Part shown: positions 1-10,819 of the stretch, in pieces
How positions within the stretch are numbered: the first letter of the stretch is position 1
Layout: every line of letters starts with the position of its first letter
Origin: Bdellovibrionota bacterium
Lineage (GTDB): Bacteria; Bdellovibrionota; Bacteriovoracia; Bacteriovoracales; Bacteriovoracaceae
Assembly (NCBI GenBank): GCA_030836365.1
Contig: JAURQB010000208.1
Span: 1-44,353 of the forward strand
DNA: 44,353 nt
Reading direction: 5' to 3'
Position numbers and translations under genes: made by a program
The notes under the pieces: generated by a model
The model's database searches: none
What the model was told of the DNA's origin: nothing
The model's input: the letters and a program-made list of their open reading frames with translations, nothing else

Positions 1-526
1 ACACATAATGAATCATTAAATTCTGAAAAACATTCTTCTTACTGTCCCTAAGGATAATTAATCGTTGATCAATTGCAAATGATAGCGAGTTTAACTTTTT
101 GCCGAGGGCTTCCTTGATGGGGTACCTCGCAATAATCTTAGCCTGAAGTTTTTTGTCAACTTGAGCAAATCCTTTTTCCCAATTCACGGCCTCTTGCTTA
201 ACCTTATTTTTATCTAAATACTTTTTCCAAAATGCTTTTTGAAAAACGGCAACTCCCTTCAAGAACTCCGATTGATTTATTTTAACCAACTGACGAGTAG
301 AGTATTTATTGTCTAGCCGTTTCCAAAACGCATAATCTGAATTTAAAGTTCTACCGTTTACAAATCGAGCATAAGCATCTTTAGACATCAATGAGTCTGA
401 TTCAACTGCATTAATTTCCGATGTAATTTTTCCGAAATTTAGCTGCATAAGAATTGTCGTTCCAAAAACAAAAAGAAAACCAACGGAGGCCATTATGACA
501 GACACTGTGTAAAATAGTTTTTTCAT
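1..526 (-). CDS. Hypothetical membrane-anchored protein, partial (C-terminus beyond left window edge)
   Basis: Not in the ORF track because it runs off the edge. ATG at 526-524 overlaps the TGA stop of the upstream ORF (ATGA). My hand translation MKKLFYTVSVIMASVGFLFVFGTTILMQLNFGK... stays open for 175 codons down to position 1. It has one N-terminal hydrophobic helix followed by a soluble region. Confidence 0.6.
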   Translation of the reverse strand, partial: MKKLFYTVSVIMASVGFLFVFGTTILMQLNFGKITSEINAVESDSLMSKDAYARFVNGRTLNSDYAFWKRLDNKYSTRQLVKINQSEFLKGVAVFQKAFWKKYLDKNKVKQEAVNWEKGFAQVDKKLQAKIIARYPIKEALGKKLNSLSFAIDQRLIILRDSKKNVFQNLMIHYV

Positions 527-1137
527 AATGTATTTTCTCCTCTCTCACTATTGGGTTTGTCAGCTAATCCATCTTGATTATTTTGCAAAATTACTTTTAC
601 TCCAATTCTTGAACTAATCCCCAATCGCTTATGGCTGTGAACTAACTCCACGCGAGAGCCATAAGCAATCATTTCATTTCGATATGACTTAATTGCTTCT
701 AATGTTTTTCTTCTTTTTGATAAATTTTTATAGTCGCATTCCCATGTTGCTAACATATACTGGGATTCTTTATTGTTTATGCTCTCAAGAGCTAGTGATG
801 TATTATCATGCAAAAAAAGATATAACTCAGACTTTTTTAATTTATCAATTGCGGATCGACAGTCAGCTAAAATCAACCCTTCACCATCTAATTCATTATC
901 TTTTTCATCATCTTCCCACCAACGGACTTCTTCCTCAAAAAAATTATTCTCCCCATCAAAAGCTGAAGAATGCTTAAAAACAGAAAGAGTTTCTTCTTCA
1001 CTTTTATTATCATCATTTTTATGACTTATTACCCTTTCCTCAATTTCTTGAAATTTGCTACGTAGGCTAACTACATTTTTTCTTTTGATAAGATTTTTAA
1101 TTTTTTTAAGTACCACAAATCCACCTTCCTGCATCAA
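523..1137 (-). CDS. Hypothetical protein, acidic and without a TM segment (204 aa)
   Basis: ORF track. Same strand as both neighbours, with its stop overlapping the next start. Contains an acidic stretch EEEVRWWEDDEKDNELDGE. No motif recognised. Confidence 0.55.
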   Translation of the reverse strand: MMQEGGFVVLKKIKNLIKRKNVVSLRSKFQEIEERVISHKNDDNKSEEETLSVFKHSSAFDGENNFFEEEVRWWEDDEKDNELDGEGLILADCRSAIDKLKKSELYLFLHDNTSLALESINNKESQYMLATWECDYKNLSKRRKTLEAIKSYRNEMIAYGSRVELVHSHKRLGISSRIGVKVILQNNQDGLADKPNSERGENTL

Positions 1138-1187
1138 TCATATCTAAAATAACAAACTTATACTGTTACCAGGAAAATTGGTTCATT

Positions 1188-2879
1188 CTAAAAAGAATAA
1201 ATAATATAGGTAACCGATTTTAAATGATTATTCTTTAAATCATTTAGGCCTTGACTGGTCATCTCTGACCAAAACACTTCGCCCTTAACAGATACATTTC
1301 GATAGATTTGAAATTCTGCCTTACCATAAACTCTATAACCATCCATTGTACGATTTTCATCTCCTCCATAATTAGTATTACCAATAAATGGTTTTGAAAA
1401 ATATGCTGAAAAAGATAAATCCCTGGAAAAAATTTCAAAATCAAGATCAAACCCAAGGTTGTACCAAAGTATAGTATTTTGCCATACCTGAAGGGCCGAA
1501 CCGCTTTTCGCAACATTAACAAAAAACTGGCGCTCATACTCCAATGAGGCAACACCAAGAAAGAAGTCATTAAATTCTTTGTGATATCCTACTCTTAAGT
1601 TCACACTTCCTGGGACTTCAAATTGTTTATCAATATCAACAGGGAAGCCATAAATAAGATTACCTGATATTTTCCCCCCTCTAGAACCACTGAGGTATTT
1701 ATCCATGTCTAATGAGATACCTACTTGCTTAAAATTATTTGTTGTCTGTATTGTATCTGATGAAGAAACCTTATCGACCATAAAATTTACACCAAGGGAA
1801 TATATCGTTTTACCTGGGACACGAATCGTTTTTTCGAATGATCCTTTTTGACGAACTTGGCTTTCATACGGATCACTTTGTAGAGAACCAGCTGCCAATT
1901 CTTTTTTTTCTCTTGAAAATTTATTTTCTGAAAATTCCTCTACCTTTTCAGGATCTTCAGCATATTCCGTTAATGACTTATTTATTTTTCGACTAAGCAA
2001 AGTAGGTGCACCAAAACTTACATTATACCTATTCGTGGAACCTCCTAGATCATAATTGTCAACAATGTCTGTTTTTGAATTATAGTTAAAACCTAAAGCA
2101 CTTGTTTTCTTTATGTTATTACTGGGAACATCAAGAAGAATCTTTTCATCATCACTTAATTCATCTTGAGGTTGTTTTTTCCGAAAAATATATGGGGCCA
2201 TATTTTCATAGCTATCTTTCGCATACTTTGCTGATTGCCCCTGAGAAGAATCCCCTCCTGATATATTAATTCTTTTTTTCCGTTTTTCAAATAATGGGCT
2301 AAATATGTTCCCCGCTTTTATACTTATACTACTTTTTTTTTTCCCCTCTAAAGATTCTTCCTGAAGGTTTGAGTCATTCATCAGCGCCATCTCTGGATCT
2401 CCGCTCTTAACCTCTCCATGGTTGTTGAAAAAGAATGACCTCATTGTCTTTCGTACAAAAAACCTTACCTTTTTTTCTAAAATTTTTTTCCTGGTTTCTT
2501 GCAATATTACATTTCCACTATTGCCGTCTGCGATGAATAAACCAACTGAGTAATATCCATCATTGCTTTTGGTAAGTTGAGTTATCTCTGAATGAACTTC
2601 GATAAATTTTATTTTAGCCTTTCTTGCGCTTTCGGGCTGATTGATCATTAACGAAAAATTATCTGTATTTATTATTTCATCTAAAATTATTTGATATATT
2701 TCTTCGCCGAATAATTTATTTTGACCTTTATACCTAGGTCCTAACACATGAACTAAAATTTTTTTCCTTGGGGCATCAACCATTTTATTTATGCCTTCGG
2801 GCTTAATCTCTTTACTCCCCATTGAAAAACATTGCAGGGAAGAAATCATAAAAAAAAATAATATATAAAGATTTTTCAT
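1188..2879 (-). CDS. Putative outer-membrane beta-barrel protein with an N-terminal periplasmic domain
   Basis: ORF track gives 1188..2909. I prefer the internal ATG at 2879, which yields the signal-peptide-like MKNLYILFFFMISSLQCFS. The C-terminal ~230 aa has an alternating hydrophobic pattern and ends in ...VTYIIYSF, with the terminal Phe typical of OMP beta-signals. The N-terminal part (KILVHVLGPRYKG...LFGEEIYQIILDEI) resembles CsgG/TolB_N-type modules, tentatively. Confidence 0.55.
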   Translation of the reverse strand: MKNLYILFFFMISSLQCFSMGSKEIKPEGINKMVDAPRKKILVHVLGPRYKGQNKLFGEEIYQIILDEIINTDNFSLMINQPESARKAKIKFIEVHSEITQLTKSNDGYYSVGLFIADGNSGNVILQETRKKILEKKVRFFVRKTMRSFFFNNHGEVKSGDPEMALMNDSNLQEESLEGKKKSSISIKAGNIFSPLFEKRKKRINISGGDSSQGQSAKYAKDSYENMAPYIFRKKQPQDELSDDEKILLDVPSNNIKKTSALGFNYNSKTDIVDNYDLGGSTNRYNVSFGAPTLLSRKINKSLTEYAEDPEKVEEFSENKFSREKKELAAGSLQSDPYESQVRQKGSFEKTIRVPGKTIYSLGVNFMVDKVSSSDTIQTTNNFKQVGISLDMDKYLSGSRGGKISGNLIYGFPVDIDKQFEVPGSVNLRVGYHKEFNDFFLGVASLEYERQFFVNVAKSGSALQVWQNTILWYNLGFDLDFEIFSRDLSFSAYFSKPFIGNTNYGGDENRTMDGYRVYGKAEFQIYRNVSVKGEVFWSEMTSQGLNDLKNNHLKSVTYIIYSF

Positions 2880-2971
2880 ATCGATGATAATCATTTCATC
2901 GAAATCCATTATAATCTACTGTTACATAATTTTTCCTAAATATATTTTTTTTAAAAACCATTTTTTTTAGT

Positions 2972-2997
2972 TAAGTATCAAGTTTTTTAACCGAAAA
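2972..2997 (+). promoter_or_regulatory. Possible sigma-28 (FliA)-type promoter upstream of motA
   Basis: TAAG (2972-2975), 15 nt, CCGAAAA (2991-2997), compared with the consensus TAAA-N15-GCCGATAA. It lies 27 nt upstream of the motA ATG, and an AGGGA RBS follows. Confidence 0.3.
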
Positions 2998-3024
2998 GTA
3001 ATAAAATAATTTCAGGGAATTATT

Positions 3025-3813
3025 ATGAAAGCTCTTTCAATTTTTGGCCTATTAATTGCGATAATTGTCGTTCTTGTAGGAATGCGACTTACCTCGGAAA
3101 ACATGGGAGTCTTTTTCGATTGGCCTAGTTTGTTTATTGTTGTTGGCGGAACATTTGCGGCAACGACCATCACTTTTCAACTTGATAAGATAATTACCAT
3201 ATTAAAAATTTTTATCACTCATATTACACGGCAAGATGATTTTAAGTTTACAACATTAATAGCAGACATCTTGAAAGTTTCTGAAGGTTATAGGAAAGGA
3301 GAAAGTCTTGAGTCCCACATTCAAAATACTAAAGATCCATTTTTCAGAGAAGCTCTTCAACTAATCAATGATGGAGTTTTAGAAGATGATCACTTATTGA
3401 GAATTCTAGAAGACCGCGTTTCAAATCTTAATTACCTCAGACATGAAGATGCCCAAAAAATTAGAACACTAGGACAATTTCCTCCTGCATTTGGAATGAT
3501 GGGAACAACGATTGGTATGATCGTACTTCTCGCTAACCTTGGAGGAGAAGATGCGATCAAAAAGATTGGTCCAGCAATGGGGGTTTGCCTTATTACAACG
3601 CTCTATGGAGTAATCATTGCTAACCTTGGTTTTATTCCCGTCGCTGAGAACCTCACGTTCCTCAGTAAAAGAAATCATTTAAAGAACATTATTATTTTAG
3701 AAGGAATCAGATTACTTCTAAAAAAAGTTAACCCCGTTATTTTGACGGAGGAATTAAATAGCTTTTTACCCCCTAATCAAAGATTAAACTGGAAAGAGGT
3801 AATTGGAAATTAG
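3025..3813 (+). CDS. motA: Flagellar stator protein MotA/PomA (MotA/TolQ/ExbB proton-channel family)
   Basis: 262 aa. N-terminal TM pair, a cytoplasmic loop, and a C-terminal TM pair with FPPAFGMMGTTIGMI...GPAMGVCLITTLYGVIIAN, typical of the family. It is immediately followed by motB and overlaps it. Confidence 0.85.
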   Translation: MKALSIFGLLIAIIVVLVGMRLTSENMGVFFDWPSLFIVVGGTFAATTITFQLDKIITILKIFITHITRQDDFKFTTLIADILKVSEGYRKGESLESHIQNTKDPFFREALQLINDGVLEDDHLLRILEDRVSNLNYLRHEDAQKIRTLGQFPPAFGMMGTTIGMIVLLANLGGEDAIKKIGPAMGVCLITTLYGVIIANLGFIPVAENLTFLSKRNHLKNIIILEGIRLLLKKVNPVILTEELNSFLPPNQRLNWKEVIGN

Positions 3814-4534
3814 AATGGAGAGAAAGAAAAAAATTATCCCGCAAGAAAATCAAACGGTAAGCTCTACATGGCTACTTTCATATGCTGATATGATGACGCT
3901 AATTGCCTGTTTTTTTATTCTAATGATGGCATTTGCAAATTATGATCCCATTGGATTTACAAAAAAAACAATTGAACTGAGTAAACATTTTAACAAAGAC
4001 AAGTATAAGTCGAGTGAAACAAAACTGAGAATCTTACACGAAGAAATAGCAAAACATCCCGAATTAGAAAAAAAATTCAAAGTATCAATTAAAAATGACC
4101 AACTTTACATAAAAGTATCTGGGTCTACCCTTTTTAAGAGAGATGAATATGAACTTAGCGAATCCGCAAGAATTAAAATTGATGCGCTTATCGATCTAAT
4201 AAAAACAAAGAATGCTGATTATAAAATCATCACTGAAGGGCATACTGATAATAGAAAACCCTCAGCCTCTGGCCCATTCAAGAGCAACTGGGGAATAAGT
4301 AGTGCTCGAGCATCGTCAATCATCCAGCGATTTGAATATTTTGGCTTTGACCCCTTGCATCTTGTTCCTATTGGAATGAGCGATACCCAACCTCTTCTCC
4401 CTAATGAGAATGACAGCGGTGAACCCTTACCTGCAAATCAGAACATCAATAATCGAGTTATTATAAAAGTAATAGAGAACCTAGACGAATCAAGAAAAGT
4501 TAAAATGGGTCTAGGCATTTACTTTCAAAAATAG
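3803..4534 (+). CDS. motB: Flagellar stator protein MotB/PomB (OmpA-like peptidoglycan-binding C-terminus)
   Basis: WLLSYADMMTLIACFFILMMAF plug/TM segment containing the conserved Asp. C-terminal OmpA-like domain (ITEGHTDNRKP...SNWGISSARASSIIQ). An alternative start is the ATG at 3815. Confidence 0.85.
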   Translation: MEIRMERKKKIIPQENQTVSSTWLLSYADMMTLIACFFILMMAFANYDPIGFTKKTIELSKHFNKDKYKSSETKLRILHEEIAKHPELEKKFKVSIKNDQLYIKVSGSTLFKRDEYELSESARIKIDALIDLIKTKNADYKIITEGHTDNRKPSASGPFKSNWGISSARASSIIQRFEYFGFDPLHLVPIGMSDTQPLLPNENDSGEPLPANQNINNRVIIKVIENLDESRKVKMGLGIYFQK

Positions 4535-4659
4535 ATCCAATTTATCACTAAAATCGAGCAAATAAATCTTTTGAATCCGCACTCTTTTTAGTACAAATAG
4601 CGAATTAATTTTCACGCATTTTCGCAATGCTTCATTCTCAACGAAAGACGGTGGTATTC

Positions 4660-7062
4660 ATGGATTACAACTTCAAAGATATTGATCAAAAATGGCAACA
4701 ATATTGGGACGATAACAAAACTTTTAAGTCTGACCACAATAGTGACAAGCAAAAGTTTTACGCCCTCGATATGTTTCCTTATCCATCGGGTTCAGGTCTT
4801 CACGTTGGACACCCTGAGGGATACACAGCGAGTGACATCGTTTCTCGTTTCAAAAGAATGAAAGGCTTCAATGTTCTTCACCCAATGGGGTTCGATAGTT
4901 TTGGTCTTCCCGCTGAAAATTACGCCATTCAAACCGGTACTCACCCAAGAGAAACGACTCTAAAAAATATTGATACCTTTCGCCGGCAACTTAAGGCATT
5001 AGGCTTTAGTTACGACTGGGACAGAGAAATCGCGACAAGTGAAGTTGATTACTATAAATGGACACAGTGGATTTTTACAAAGCTTTATAATAAAGGCCTA
5101 GCCTACGAAGACGAAATTCAAGTTAACTGGTGCCCAGAGCTTAAAACAGTTTTAGCGAATGAAGAAATTGTCGACGGTAAATCAGAGCGTGGTAGTCACG
5201 AAGTAATCAGAAAGCCAATGAAGCAATGGATGCTCAGAATTACGGAGTATGCAGAAAAGTTATTAGAAGATTTGGACACACTTGATTGGCCAGATAATAT
5301 CAAAGAAATGCAGCGTAACTGGATTGGAAAATCTGTCGGCGCCAGTGTGGCTTTTTCAACGGAGTCAGGCGAAGACAAAATCGAAGTATTCACGACCAGA
5401 GCGGACACCCTGTTTGGTGCGACTTACATGGTTCTTGCTCCGGAGCATGAGCTGGTTCAGAAAATAGCAACATCAGAACAACAAGAGAAAATTAATACCT
5501 ACATCGAAGCGGCTTCTAGAAAATCCGATTTAGAGAGAACAGAACTGGCAAAAGAAAAGTCCGGCGTTTTCACAGGTGCTTACGCGATCAATCCTGTGAA
5601 TGATAAAAAAATTCCTATTTGGATTGCTGATTATGTTCTTGCAAGTTACGGCACAGGTGCCATTATGGCCGTCCCTGCTCATGATGAAAGAGACTACGAA
5701 TTTGCAAAGGCTTTTGATTTAGAAATTATTCCGGTACTTGAGGGTGGAAACCTAGACGAAGAAGCTTTCACTGGAGATGGAACTCATATCAATTCGGGCT
5801 TTCTCGACGGCCTTAGAAAACAAGAAGCAATTGATAAAATGATTTCTTGGCTTGAAGATAAAAATATCGGCGAAGCGAAAACAAATTATAAACTTAGAGA
5901 TTGGATTTTCTCCAGACAACGTTATTGGGGTGAACCATTTCCTATTCTAAAGTACGAAGATGGGACTGTTCGCTGCCTCGAAGAAGATGAGCTTCCAGTG
6001 GCCCTTCCTGAAGTTAAATCCTATGAACCATCAGGCACAGGTGAATCACCTCTGGCGACGATAAATGAATGGCTCGATGTAACTTGCCCAAAAACCGGCA
6101 AACCAGCAAAAAGAGAAACCAACACAATGCCACAATGGGCCGGAAGCTGTTGGTACTATTTAAGATTCTGTGACCCACTTAATGAAAATAAAGCATGGGA
6201 CCCTGATGCCGAAAAATACTGGATGCCAGTTGATCTTTACGTTGGTGGTGTCGAGCATGCTGTCTTGCACCTACTTTATGCAAGATTTTGGCATAAAGTT
6301 TTATTTGATCTAGGTCTTGTCTCCACAAAAGAGCCTTTTCAAAAACTCGTTAATCAAGGAATGATTCTTGGTGAGGACGGCGAAAAAATGAGTAAATCTC
6401 GTGGCAACGTCGTTAACCCGGACCACGTGGTTGAACAATACGGAGCAGATAGTTTACGCTGCTATGAAATGTTTATGGGGCCACTTGAGAAAGTAAAACC
6501 ATGGCAAACAAATGGCGTTAAAGGTGTTTACTCTTTTCTGGCAAAGGCATTTCGCTTCTTTGGCGACAATAACAATTGGAGCGAAGGCGAGGAAAATACT
6601 GAAGTGTTAAAATCACTTCACCAAACAATTCAAAAAGTTGAAAGTGATACCGAGGGAATGCGCTTTAACACCGCGATTGCCCAGATGATGATCTTCACTA
6701 ACCTTTGTTCGAAAAAGAAAAAAGTTACAAAAGAAACGGCAGAAAAATTCACTCTTATTTTAAGCGCATATGCTCCGCACACAGCGGAAGAAATGTGGAG
6801 CCTTTTTGGGCATCAAAACAGCCTTGCTTACGAGTCTTTTCCAAGCTTTGATCCAGAGCTTGCAAAAGAAGACCTCGTGACCATTGCCATACAAGTAAAT
6901 GGAAAAATGCGAGGAAAGCTTGAAGTGGAAAAAGAAATTTCTAAAGAAGACTTTTTTGCCAAAGCGAAAGCGGAACCAGGTGTTGCAAAATTTATGGAAG
7001 GAAAAAATATCGTGAAAGAAATATTTGTTCCCGGAAAAATTTGTAACTTTGTTGTGAAGTAA
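4660..7062 (+). CDS. leuS: Leucine--tRNA ligase
   Basis: [22 protein letters not shown], a HIGH-type motif ([16 protein letters not shown]) and a KMSKS motif ([10 protein letters not shown]). The ORF-track start at 4627 adds 11 non-conserved residues, so I prefer the ATG at 4660. Confidence 0.97.
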   Translation: MDYNFKDIDQKWQQYWDDNKTFKSDHNSDKQKFYALDMFPYPSGSGLHVGHPEGYTASDIVSRFKRMKGFNVLHPMGFDSFGLPAENYAIQTGTHPRETTLKNIDTFRRQLKALGFSYDWDREIATSEVDYYKWTQWIFTKLYNKGLAYEDEIQVNWCPELKTVLANEEIVDGKSERGSHEVIRKPMKQWMLRITEYAEKLLEDLDTLDWPDNIKEMQRNWIGKSVGASVAFSTESGEDKIEVFTTRADTLFGATYMVLAPEHELVQKIATSEQQEKINTYIEAASRKSDLERTELAKEKSGVFTGAYAINPVNDKKIPIWIADYVLASYGTGAIMAVPAHDERDYEFAKAFDLEIIPVLEGGNLDEEAFTGDGTHINSGFLDGLRKQEAIDKMISWLEDKNIGEAKTNYKLRDWIFSRQRYWGEPFPILKYEDGTVRCLEEDELPVALPEVKSYEPSGTGESPLATINEWLDVTCPKTGKPAKRETNTMPQWAGSCWYYLRFCDPLNENKAWDPDAEKYWMPVDLYVGGVEHAVLHLLYARFWHKVLFDLGLVSTKEPFQKLVNQGMILGEDGEKMSKSRGNVVNPDHVVEQYGADSLRCYEMFMGPLEKVKPWQTNGVKGVYSFLAKAFRFFGDNNNWSEGEENTEVLKSLHQTIQKVESDTEGMRFNTAIAQMMIFTNLCSKKKKVTKETAEKFTLILSAYAPHTAEEMWSLFGHQNSLAYESFPSFDPELAKEDLVTIAIQVNGKMRGKLEVEKEISKEDFFAKAKAEPGVAKFMEGKNIVKEIFVPGKICNFVVK

Positions 7063-7083
7063 TAATTGAAGAAATAGTTAATA

Positions 7084-8526
7084 ATGAAAAATTTCTCACC
7101 AGAAATTAATATCCAGGGCCAGTTAGGAAATCTTGACTGGCCTATTTTTATTATCGTTTTACTGATCACTTTTGGCAGCGTTATTTATGGCGGCCGTCGA
7201 CAAAAAATCCCCAATTCAAAAAACACAAATCAACTTGGACTACTTGATCACTTAGTCATGGGACGCCAACTAACCCTTCCCCTTTTTGTTGCTACCCTAG
7301 TTGCAACTTGGTACGGAGGAATTTTTGGCGTTACAAAGATTGCTTTTAACCAAGGAATCTACAACTTCGTTACCCAAGGTGTTTTTTGGTATGTGGCCTA
7401 TCTTATCTTTGCTCTTTTTATGGTCGATAAAATTGCTCCTTACAAAGCCGTTACTCTTCCCAACTTGTTAGAAAAAATGTTTGGTAGAAAGTCTGGAATC
7501 CTCGGCGCCTTTTTTAATTTTTTCAATGTTCTTCCAATTAGCTACGTCATCTCAATTGGTCTTTTTATTCAACTTCTTTTTAATTTCTCCCTTGAGCAAA
7601 GTATGCTTATTGGAATAGGGCTTGTTCTCTCTTATTCGACGCTTGGAGGACTTCGCTCCGTTGTTTACTCTGACCTCATTCAATTTTTTGTCATGTGTAC
7701 AGGCGTTGCTCTCGTCTTGATTTTATCCATTTCGACATTTGGTGGGGTTGATTTTCTAAAAACGTCCCTTCCAGAGAGTTATTTTCAACTTACGGGAACC
7801 AATACTCTTGCCACGACCTTTATTTGGGGACTCATAGCCCTTTCTACTCTTGTTGATCCAAATTTTTATCAACGATGCTTTGCTGCAAAATCACCTAAAA
7901 TCGCAAAAAAAGGTATCATCATCTCCACAGTTATTTGGGCGATCTTTGATCTTTGCACGACTTTTGGAGCCATGTACGCGAAAGCAATAATCCCTCAAGC
8001 AGAGGCTGGAACCGCTTATTTAACTTATGCAATTCAACTTCTCCCAAATGGACTAAGAGGATTTTTTCTTGCGGCCATATTGGCGACGATTCTCTCTACA
8101 CTTGATAGCTATCTATTTCTTGCCGGTGCGACTGTTGGCCATGACCTTCCTCCCAAAAAACATCAAGGCAAAAAACGCTTTATCATGCTTGGAACAGTTG
8201 CCTCGGCTAGCCTTGCTTATGTTTTAGCGATCTACTTTAAGGGTGATATTAAAACAGTCTGGAAGACACTTGGCTCTTACTCAGCGGCCTGCCTTTTAAT
8301 CCCAGTAGTAATGGGCCAGCTTCTAAAAAAGCGAATCTCTGACAATCATTTCGTTCTGACTTGCCTCGCTGGAGTTGTCTCAACCTCATGGTGGAGAAAT
8401 GCTGAGCACTATGGATTTGCGGCAAACGTCGATGAGATCTACATCGGATCGTTAACAACAATTATTTTTTATCTTATTTTTTACATTTATTCACAAAATT
8501 TTATTCAACCAAAGACCATAAATTAA
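7084..8526 (+). CDS. Sodium:solute symporter (SSF) family transporter
   Basis: 480 aa and polytopic. The pattern LTLPLFVATLVATWYGGIFG...GGLRSVVYSDLIQF is typical of the SSS family. Substrate not inferable. Confidence 0.8.
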   Translation: MKNFSPEINIQGQLGNLDWPIFIIVLLITFGSVIYGGRRQKIPNSKNTNQLGLLDHLVMGRQLTLPLFVATLVATWYGGIFGVTKIAFNQGIYNFVTQGVFWYVAYLIFALFMVDKIAPYKAVTLPNLLEKMFGRKSGILGAFFNFFNVLPISYVISIGLFIQLLFNFSLEQSMLIGIGLVLSYSTLGGLRSVVYSDLIQFFVMCTGVALVLILSISTFGGVDFLKTSLPESYFQLTGTNTLATTFIWGLIALSTLVDPNFYQRCFAAKSPKIAKKGIIISTVIWAIFDLCTTFGAMYAKAIIPQAEAGTAYLTYAIQLLPNGLRGFFLAAILATILSTLDSYLFLAGATVGHDLPPKKHQGKKRFIMLGTVASASLAYVLAIYFKGDIKTVWKTLGSYSAACLLIPVVMGQLLKKRISDNHFVLTCLAGVVSTSWWRNAEHYGFAANVDEIYIGSLTTIIFYLIFYIYSQNFIQPKTIN

Positions 8527-8541
8527 TTTTAGGACTTAACA

Positions 8542-10809
8542 ATGACCAAAGAAGAATTAAAAAAACAAGCACTTGATTATCACCGCCTCGGCAGAGCAGG
8601 TAAAATTGAAGTTATTCCTTCAAAGCCAACATCCTCTTCCAGTGACCTTAGTCTCGCCTATACACCTGGAGTCGCTGAGCCCTGCCTAGAGATTGCGAAA
8701 GACCCCAACCGCGCTTTTGACTACACGGCCAAAGGTAATCTCGTCGGCGTTATTTCAAACGGATCGGCAGTCTTAGGACTTGGAAACATTGGTCCTCTTG
8801 CAGGAAAGCCAGTCATGGAAGGAAAGGGCGTTCTATTTAAGAAGTTTGCGGACATTGATGTATTTGACATCGAAATCAATGAGCCAACAGTAGAAGGAAT
8901 GGTCAGCACCATTTCAGCAATGGAGCCGACATTTGGTGGGATAAACCTCGAAGACATCAAAGCACCAGAGTGTTTTGAAGTCGAAACAATTCTTCGTGAA
9001 AAAATGAATATTCCTGTTTTTCATGATGACCAACACGGAACAGCGATTATTTGCGCTGCTGGTTTTCTTAATGCTGTTGAATTAACAGGAAAGAAAATTT
9101 CTGAGATGAAAATTGTCTTCAATGGAGCAGGTGCCGCGGCCATGAGCTGCGCACGGACACTTATTCATTTGGGTGTAACAAAAGAGAATATTTTCATGTG
9201 TGATTCACGAGGGGTCATTACAAAAGATCGTTGGGAGTCTCTTGATAAATACAAACAAGCATTTGCCAATGACACTCAATTGAAAACACTCGCGGATGTG
9301 ATGAGTGGTGCAGATGCTTTTTTGGGTTTAAGTGTTCCAAAAACAGTAACTCAAGAGATGGTTAAGTCCATGGCCAAAACTCCTATTATTTTTGCTATGG
9401 CGAACCCAACGCCTGAAATTTTTCCTGATGAAGTTCATGAGGTTAGAGATGATGCGATTATGGCCACAGGAAGAAGTGATTTTCCTAATCAAATTAATAA
9501 TGTTTTAGGCTTTCCTTTTATATTTAGAGGAGCGCTAGATGTTCGCGCCACAACAATCAATGACGAGATGAAACTTGCGGCCGTCCGCGCTCTAGCGGAG
9601 CTAGCAAAAGAAGAAGTTCCCGAGGAAGTAAAACTTGCTTATGGAAATGAAGAGTTTTCTTTTGGAAAAAATTATTTAATACCAAAACCATTTGATAAAC
9701 GAGTCCTCACTCGCGTGGCACCAGCTGTCGCACATGCGGCGATTCAATCCAAGGTCGCGAGAGCAGGCATTGGAGACATGGAAGAATACGCAAGTTACCT
9801 AGAATCTCGCTTGGACACAAGTGGGGACTTTATGAAAAAGCTTCGTGATAAGCTTCGCTCTAAAAACAAAAATAAAAATGGGCCTGTAAAAATTGCGTTC
9901 ACAGAAGGAAGAAACTCGAGAGTTCTTCAAGCAGTAAAAGAGCTTCGAAAAAAATCTTTTATCGAACCGATTCTAATTGGAGAGCCCGAATCTATTTACG
10001 CAAAAATGGAAAAACACGGCCTAGAAGATCTTAAAGACCTTCAAATTATTACACCAAAACAGCACCCTCGCTTTCAAGAGTTTTACCGAAACCATTTTGA
10101 GGAAAACAAGCGTAATGGCGTCACAATTTCCATGGCCATGGACAGAATGTCTCGCTATACATTTTTCGGTGCAACACTCGCGAAGTATGACGAGGTGGAT
10201 GCAGTGATGTCAGGCCCTTCACTTACTTATCCAGAGTGTTTTAAACCAATGAATAGAATTGTTGGCACAACAGACCAAAGAAAAGCCGCAGGGATTTATA
10301 TTTTGACTTATAAAGACCGTACGCTATTTTTGGCCGACTGCACGGCGCAAATTTCCCCCACTCCAGAAGACTTAGCTGATATTGCGAGCTCCACGAGTGA
10401 ACTCTATCAAAATCTGATGGGTAAAAAACCGCAAGTTGCCTTTTTAAGTTACTCAAGCTTTGGTTCAAACTTAACAGCACGAGACCAAAAAAGGGCCGCT
10501 CAAATCACTAAAGAAAAATATCCAGAGATTATGTGTGATGGAGAGATGCAAGCAGACGTTGCGATTAATCCAAACATCCTAGAAAATCTATTTCCATTTT
10601 CGGACCTGAAGGGCGCTGCTGATGTTTTAATTTTTCCGGACCTAAATTCGGCAAACATCAGCTACAAACTTTTGAGTCAATTGAGTGACTGCACAACCAT
10701 TGGACCGATTCTCACTCCAATGAAAAAAAATGTGAACATCTTTGCTCGTACTGCTACAATTTCAGAGATGGTTAACATGACAATTTTAACTGCAACCATT
10801 GGCGAATAA
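8542..10809 (+). CDS. maeB: NADP-dependent malic enzyme (malic-enzyme domain plus phosphate-acetyltransferase-like C-terminal domain)
   Basis: 755 aa. [24 protein letters not shown] and FNGAGAAA (NAD(P) fold), with a C-terminal PTA-like region ([12 protein letters not shown]...). Confidence 0.93.
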   Translation: MTKEELKKQALDYHRLGRAGKIEVIPSKPTSSSSDLSLAYTPGVAEPCLEIAKDPNRAFDYTAKGNLVGVISNGSAVLGLGNIGPLAGKPVMEGKGVLFKKFADIDVFDIEINEPTVEGMVSTISAMEPTFGGINLEDIKAPECFEVETILREKMNIPVFHDDQHGTAIICAAGFLNAVELTGKKISEMKIVFNGAGAAAMSCARTLIHLGVTKENIFMCDSRGVITKDRWESLDKYKQAFANDTQLKTLADVMSGADAFLGLSVPKTVTQEMVKSMAKTPIIFAMANPTPEIFPDEVHEVRDDAIMATGRSDFPNQINNVLGFPFIFRGALDVRATTINDEMKLAAVRALAELAKEEVPEEVKLAYGNEEFSFGKNYLIPKPFDKRVLTRVAPAVAHAAIQSKVARAGIGDMEEYASYLESRLDTSGDFMKKLRDKLRSKNKNKNGPVKIAFTEGRNSRVLQAVKELRKKSFIEPILIGEPESIYAKMEKHGLEDLKDLQIITPKQHPRFQEFYRNHFEENKRNGVTISMAMDRMSRYTFFGATLAKYDEVDAVMSGPSLTYPECFKPMNRIVGTTDQRKAAGIYILTYKDRTLFLADCTAQISPTPEDLADIASSTSELYQNLMGKKPQVAFLSYSSFGSNLTARDQKRAAQITKEKYPEIMCDGEMQADVAINPNILENLFPFSDLKGAADVLIFPDLNSANISYKLLSQLSDCTTIGPILTPMKKNVNIFARTATISEMVNMTILTATIGE

Positions 10810-10819
10810 GGATTATAGA

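Noticed and set aside
693-1570. Track ORFs 693..977(+), 773..1024(+) and 1259..1570(-) inside the left-edge genes.
   Set aside because: They are alternative-frame or antisense ORFs within better-supported longer ORFs. Their compositions are typical of out-of-frame AT-rich translation (F/L/S/I-rich).
4535-4659. A possible leader or riboswitch (T-box-like) upstream of leuS.
   Set aside because: I could trace no specifier hairpin, T-box sequence or terminator/antiterminator alternative. T-box control of aminoacyl-tRNA synthetases is mainly a Firmicutes feature. Only a weak sigma-70-like pair (TTGAAT..TACAAA, with a 15-nt spacer) is visible.
6828-7169. A 113-aa minus-strand ORF antisense to the leuS 3' end and the symporter 5' end.
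   Set aside because: It is antisense to two conserved genes, has a low-complexity I/F/K-rich translation, and has no start context.
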